A stretch of DNA of 64,000 nucleotides from Clostridiales bacterium. GTDB lineage: Bacteria > Patescibacteriota > Saccharimonadia > Saccharimonadales > Saccharimonadaceae. This document shows positions 59,605 through 64,000 of the stretch, piece after piece. The stretch is taken from assembly GCA_963619335.1 (NCBI GenBank), contig CAVEVP010000002.1, forward strand, positions 30,003 to 94,002, in the 5' to 3' direction. The notes under the pieces were generated by a model, which saw only the letters and a program-made list of their open reading frames with translations, was not told the DNA's origin and made no database searches. A program made the position numbers and the translations under genes. Every line of letters begins with the position of its first letter. Position 1 is the first letter of the stretch.

Positions 59605-60009
59605 ATGGCGGAGACGAAAATGGAATTAAAGAAAATGCTTGAGCCGCGGGCGACGGAGAAAACTTATAATGAGCAAACCAAGCGAATTTACGTTTTTCCG
59701 GTGAAACGCGAAATGAGCAAACAAGCAATCGCAAAACAAGTTGAAGAGGAGTTTAACGTTAAAGTTGAAGAGGTGAAAACGCTGATTCGCAAGGGAAAGA
59801 AAACGCGTTTTAGCCGCGGCAAACACGCTTATCCTGGGATTACGCATCGCCAAGATAAGAAATTTGCGTACGTGAAACTCGCGGAAGGCAATTCGATTCG
59901 GGTGTTCGACGAAGAGCCGACGGAAGAAACTAATAAAACCAGCGCAAAGGAAGCCAAGGCCGCGAAAGCGAAAAAGGCGGACAAGAATGCAGGTAAGGAG
60001 AAGAAATAA
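59605..60009 (+). CDS. rplW: 50S ribosomal protein L23
   Basis: PRATEK, KKFAYVKL; operon position. Confidence 0.93.
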   Translation: MAETKMELKKMLEPRATEKTYNEQTKRIYVFPVKREMSKQAIAKQVEEEFNVKVEEVKTLIRKGKKTRFSRGKHAYPGITHRQDKKFAYVKLAEGNSIRVFDEEPTEETNKTSAKEAKAAKAKKADKNAGKEKK

Positions 60010-60845
60010 TGGGAATTAAAGCATATCGCCCAACCACTCCGGCGCAACGCCAGAAAACGACCGAGGATTACGATCAAATCACGACTAAAAAGCCGATGAA
60101 ATCGCTCCTCGCGCCAAAAAAACAACAAGCTGGGCGAAATAACAAGGGTCGGATTACGGTTCGACATCGCGGGGGCGGCGTAAAACGTCATTATCGGATT
60201 ATTACTTATAAATTGCCGGCGAATTTGACATTTACCGTGGAAGAAATTGAGTATGATCCGAATCGAAGCGCACGGATTGCGCGGGTGAAAGACGAAAATA
60301 ATGTCTATTATTACGTGATCGCCGATACGAAAATGACTAAGGGGACGAAGTTTAAAACTGGGGCGGAAATTGAGGTCGAGAATTCGAACCGGATGCCGCT
60401 TGAAAATATTCCAGTTGGTACTTTTGTCTACGGAATTGAGCTGAAACCTGGCAAAGGGGCGCAAATGGTGCGCGCAGCGGGCGCTTCGGCGCAGTTAATG
60501 GCAAAAGAAGGCGCGTATGCGACCTTGAAAATGCCATCGGGGGAAGTGCGCAAGGTTTTGGTGAAATGCGAAGCGTCGATCGGGACGGTTTCAAACGTTC
60601 AGCATCAAAATGTGAAAATCGGTTCGGCCGGACGCCGCCGCCGGAAGGGCATTCGCCCGACGGTTCGCGGTGTGGTGATGAACGCGGCGGATCACCCGCA
60701 CGGTGGTGGTGATGGTGGTCGTCACGGTTCGGGCAAGGCGCCACGCACGCCGTGGGGTCAGCTGACACTCGGTTATCGAACGCGTCATAATAAGAAAACT
60801 AATAAAATGATCGTGCGCAGTCGCCACGAAGGAAAGAGGAGATAA
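60009..60845 (+). CDS. rplB: 50S ribosomal protein L2
   Basis: [27 protein letters not shown]. Confidence 0.98.
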   Translation: MGIKAYRPTTPAQRQKTTEDYDQITTKKPMKSLLAPKKQQAGRNNKGRITVRHRGGGVKRHYRIITYKLPANLTFTVEEIEYDPNRSARIARVKDENNVYYYVIADTKMTKGTKFKTGAEIEVENSNRMPLENIPVGTFVYGIELKPGKGAQMVRAAGASAQLMAKEGAYATLKMPSGEVRKVLVKCEASIGTVSNVQHQNVKIGSAGRRRRKGIRPTVRGVVMNAADHPHGGGDGGRHGSGKAPRTPWGQLTLGYRTRHNKKTNKMIVRSRHEGKRR

Positions 60846-61132
60846 TGTCTAGGAGTCTGAAAAAAGGTCTATTTGTAGACTACAAACTCGCGAAAAAAGT
60901 GGCTGCTCTCTCCAGCGAAGACCGCACCGTGATTAAGACTTGGGCGCGCAGTTCGACGATTTCTCCGGAAATGGTCGGGCGAACGATTGCCGTTCATAAC
61001 GGTAAAGTTCACGTTCCGGTTTATATCTCGGAAAATATGGTTGGTCATAAGCTCGGGGAGTTTGCGCCCACGCGTAAATTCCGCCGCCATGGTGGTAAAA
61101 AAGCCGCTGAGGCTGCGAAAGGAAAGGGTTAG
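60845..61132 (+). CDS. rpsS: 30S ribosomal protein S19
   Basis: [19 protein letters not shown]. Confidence 0.98.
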   Translation: MSRSLKKGLFVDYKLAKKVAALSSEDRTVIKTWARSSTISPEMVGRTIAVHNGKVHVPVYISENMVGHKLGEFAPTRKFRRHGGKKAAEAAKGKG

Positions 61133-61135
61133 AAT

Positions 61136-61549
61136 ATGACTGAAACCTATTTTGCACATGCTTATGAAAAAGGTATTGACAATCAACCGCGAAAAACTAA
61201 CATTGTCGCGAGTTTAGTGCGCGATCGTTATGTGGCGGATGCGGTGGTGATTTTAGAGCATACCCCGCGTCGAGCGGCGCGAGCAGTTTTAAAAGCGGTG
61301 GAATCTGCGAATGCTAATTTGTTAAATAACTCGGGGAAGTCGATCGACCCGAAAACGGTGCGAATCTCGCGCATTTTCGTGACTAGTGGCACAAGAATGC
61401 GCCGATACAAACCGGCTTCGCGTGGTCGAGCGCTGCCTTACGAGATTATTAGTAGTAATATATTCGTCGAGGTCGCCGGCGAAGAGAAAGTTAAAAAGAC
61501 CGCTGCGCCGAAGGAATCGGCAAAGGCGGACGCGAAGGAGAAAAAGTAA
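61136..61549 (+). CDS. rplV: 50S ribosomal protein L22
   Basis: PRK...SANAN, RYKPASRGRA; operon position. Confidence 0.93.
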   Translation: MTETYFAHAYEKGIDNQPRKTNIVASLVRDRYVADAVVILEHTPRRAARAVLKAVESANANLLNNSGKSIDPKTVRISRIFVTSGTRMRRYKPASRGRALPYEIISSNIFVEVAGEEKVKKTAAPKESAKADAKEKK

Positions 61550-61550
61550 T

Positions 61551-62177
61551 ATGGGCCAGAAGGTTAATCCCATCTCTTACCGCCTTCAACTGAGCCGAAA
61601 CTGGTCTTCGAAGTGGTTTACCCGCAAAGAAAATTTCCGGTTCTGGCTAGTGGAAGACGACAAAATTCGCAAAGTGATCGAGGAGCGATTTAAATCGCGG
61701 CCGACGATTGCGCGAATTGACATTGAACGCTCCGCGAACTTGACGACGATTACGATTGCTACCGCGAAAGCGGGGGCGGTGATCGGCAAACAAGGTTCGG
61801 GCATCAATGAACTAAAGAAACAACTCGAAAAGATCGTCGACGGTCCGATTCGAATTAACGTCGAAGAAGTGAAAAAACCGGAATTGAACGCAAAATTGGT
61901 TGCGGAAAATATCGGTTTTCAACTCGGAAAACGGATGAACTTCCGCCGCGCGGTGAAAATGGCTTTACAGTCATCGATGAATGCGGGCGCGAAGGGGGTG
62001 CGCATTGAAGTTGCTGGACGGTTGAACGGCGCGGAAATGTCGCGACGCGAGAAGTTTATCGAAGGTTCGGTGCCGCTACATACATTGCGCGCGGATATTG
62101 ACTTTTATTGTCATCACGCGCCGACAATTGCGGGCATCGTAGGAGTAAAAGTTTGGATTTATAAGGGGGAAAAGTAA
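61551..62177 (+). CDS. rpsC: 30S ribosomal protein S3
   Basis: [31 protein letters not shown]. Confidence 0.98.
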   Translation: MGQKVNPISYRLQLSRNWSSKWFTRKENFRFWLVEDDKIRKVIEERFKSRPTIARIDIERSANLTTITIATAKAGAVIGKQGSGINELKKQLEKIVDGPIRINVEEVKKPELNAKLVAENIGFQLGKRMNFRRAVKMALQSSMNAGAKGVRIEVAGRLNGAEMSRREKFIEGSVPLHTLRADIDFYCHHAPTIAGIVGVKVWIYKGEK

Positions 62178-62178
62178 G

Positions 62179-62598
62179 ATGGCACTATTAGTTCCGAAAA
62201 AAGTTCCGCATCGCAAGGTGCGTAAAGGTAAAAACGGGGGGATCGCGACACGTTGTAATACGGTGGCGTTTGGGGAATTTGGTTTGATGTCGCTCGATAA
62301 CGAACGCGTCACTTCGCGTCAAATCGAGGCCGCACGTCAGGCGATTACCCGTTATGTGAAGCGTGGTGGTAAAATCTGGATTCGTATTTTCCCGCATACG
62401 CCGGTTTCAAAGAAGCCGCTGGATGTGAAAATGGGTTCGGGTAAAGGTGAGCCGCAATTCTACGTCGCGAAAGTGAAGGCGGGGACGGTGATGTTCGAGA
62501 TTGCGGACGTGCCGGAAGAAAAAGCGCGTGAAGCGCTCCGACTGGCTTCACACAAATTACCGGTGAAATGTAAAATAATTAAGAAAGAGGAGTTCTAA
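62179..62598 (+). CDS. rplP: 50S ribosomal protein L16
   Basis: [21 protein letters not shown]. Confidence 0.98.
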   Translation: MALLVPKKVPHRKVRKGKNGGIATRCNTVAFGEFGLMSLDNERVTSRQIEAARQAITRYVKRGGKIWIRIFPHTPVSKKPLDVKMGSGKGEPQFYVAKVKAGTVMFEIADVPEEKAREALRLASHKLPVKCKIIKKEEF

Positions 62599-62599
62599 G

Positions 62600-62896
62600 A
62601 TGGCACACACTCTCATAGGGACAGTTACCTCCGATAAGCGTGATAAGACCATTACCGTTTCGATCGTAAGTCGAGAAACTCATCCGCTTTACCGGAAACA
62701 ATATAGTAAAACGCGAAAATATACGGCGCACGACGCTAAAAATGAGGCGAAAGTTGGCGATCGGGTCCAAATCGCAATGTCGCGACCGATTTCGAAGACG
62801 AAAGCTTATACTTTGGTGAAAGTAATTGAGAAAGCGCGCGGGACGGTTGAGTTGAAAGAAGACGTGAATGTCGCGGAAATTGGGGAGGAAAAGTAA
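62600..62896 (+). CDS. rpsQ: 30S ribosomal protein S17
   Basis: GTVTSDK.DKT, HPLY.K, AHD, RPISKTK. Confidence 0.97.
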   Translation: MAHTLIGTVTSDKRDKTITVSIVSRETHPLYRKQYSKTRKYTAHDAKNEAKVGDRVQIAMSRPISKTKAYTLVKVIEKARGTVELKEDVNVAEIGEEK

Positions 62897-63264
62897 TGAT
62901 ACAACAAGAAAGTAGATTAAAAGTTGCGGATAACTCTGGCGCGAAAGAGCTGGGAGTGATTCGGGTGCTCGGCGGGACGCGAGCGCGATATGCGCGAGTG
63001 GGTGATATCGTGACTTGTTCCGTAAAAGAAGCGACTCCGAACGGCAACGTGAAGAAAAAAGCGATTGTGCGCGCGGTGATCGTACGAACGCGGCAACCGA
63101 TTCGCCGTCCGGATGGTTCGACCATTCGTTTCGATGAAAATGCGGCGGTTTTAGTTAATGATGACAAAACTCCGAAGGGAACGCGTGTGTTTGGCCCGAT
63201 TCCGCGAGAATTGCGCGATAAGGGTTTCATGAAAATTATCAGTTTAGCACCGGAGGTACTTTAA
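62896..63264 (+). CDS. rplN: 50S ribosomal protein L14
   Basis: VADNSGA, FDENAAV, GTRVFGP. Confidence 0.98.
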   Translation: MIQQESRLKVADNSGAKELGVIRVLGGTRARYARVGDIVTCSVKEATPNGNVKKKAIVRAVIVRTRQPIRRPDGSTIRFDENAAVLVNDDKTPKGTRVFGPIPRELRDKGFMKIISLAPEVL

Positions 63265-63265
63265 A

Positions 63266-63568
63266 ATGGCACAGAATTTGAAAGTAAACGACAAGGTGCG
63301 GGTGATCGCTGGCGATGACAAAGGTCAAGAAGCGAAAATCGTGAAAATCGATAAAAGAAATGGCAAAGCGATGCTCGAAGGGCTGCGAGTGGTCGAACGG
63401 CACTTGAAGAAAACCCAATTCAACCCAGCGGGCGGCAAGAAAACCGTTCATCTCGGCATTGATTTGTCGAATTTGAAGCTGGTGGAGAGCGCGAAATTCG
63501 TGAAAACCGATAAAAAGGCGAAAGCGGATAAAAAAGCGAAGAAAACTGAAAAGAAAGGAGCTAAGTAA
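63266..63568 (+). CDS. rplX: 50S ribosomal protein L24
   Basis: D.VRVIAGDDKG KOW motif. Confidence 0.95.
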   Translation: MAQNLKVNDKVRVIAGDDKGQEAKIVKIDKRNGKAMLEGLRVVERHLKKTQFNPAGGKKTVHLGIDLSNLKLVESAKFVKTDKKAKADKKAKKTEKKGAK

Positions 63569-64000
63569 TGGCGGAAAAGAAAACGGCTGCCGCGAAAACG
63601 GCACAACCACGCTTAAAAGCTCTGTATAATAATGAGTTCAAAGCGAAACTGAAAGAGGAGCTTGGGCTGGAGAATATCAACCAAGTGCCGGAGCTGGTGA
63701 AGGTAGTGGTTTCGTCGGGCGTGGGTAAAAAACGCGAAGATAAGCGTTTTACCGAGACGGTGGAGCTGACTTTGAGTAAAATTACCGGTCAGGCGCCGAC
63801 ATCGCGACTGGCGAAAAAGTCGATTGCGACCTTTAAGATTCGGAAAGGTATGGGCGCGCCGGTGGGTTATCTCGTAACTTTGCGAAATGACAAGATGTAT
63901 GAGTTTGTTGACCGGTTGATCAATGTTGCCTTGCCGCACGTGCGTGATTTTCATGGCGTGCCGAAGAAATTCGATCAGCAAGGGAATTATAACTTAGGCA
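63568..64000 (+). CDS. rplE: 50S ribosomal protein L5, 3'-truncated by the window edge
   Basis: PRLK, NINQVP.LVKVV, ITGQAP...AKKSIATFKIRKG, VTLR, LPHVRDF.G, FDQQGNY. Confidence 0.95.
   Translation, partial: MAEKKTAAAKTAQPRLKALYNNEFKAKLKEELGLENINQVPELVKVVVSSGVGKKREDKRFTETVELTLSKITGQAPTSRLAKKSIATFKIRKGMGAPVGYLVTLRNDKMYEFVDRLINVALPHVRDFHGVPKKFDQQGNYNLG

Overview
Core-genome segment of a small-genome bacterium. It is most consistent with Candidatus Saccharibacteria (TM7/CPR), probably host-associated; this is inferred from gene content and style, not from a marker search. Genes are densely packed and mostly on the + strand: ligA, glycolysis genes (pyk, pgk, pgi, gpmI), HTH-murA, pcrA/uvrD, a FISUMP-type surface protein, ftsH, pepN, a complete agmatine deiminase energy cluster, CIRCE-controlled clpC-clpP, four aminoacyl-tRNA synthetases, xseAB, recO, rarA, secA, murD, dus, prfB, eight tRNAs, and an S10/spc r-protein operon lacking rpsJ and rpmC at their usual positions. 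The most striking signal is a set of small (80-180 bp) palindromic elements. Two families share a conserved, covarying structured core enclosed by copy-specific inverted arms. These elements occur between genes and also inserted in-frame inside housekeeping genes (ligA, pepN, a methyltransferase twice, dus), where they add 30-45 aa peptides read in different frames and strands. Other notable signals are pervasive leaderless promoters (TATAAT-N6/7-ATG), consensus promoters inside gpmI and serS, a frameshifted C-terminus in the FISUMP protein, a duplicated tRNA-Lys 3' end and a pseudoknotted rplC leader.
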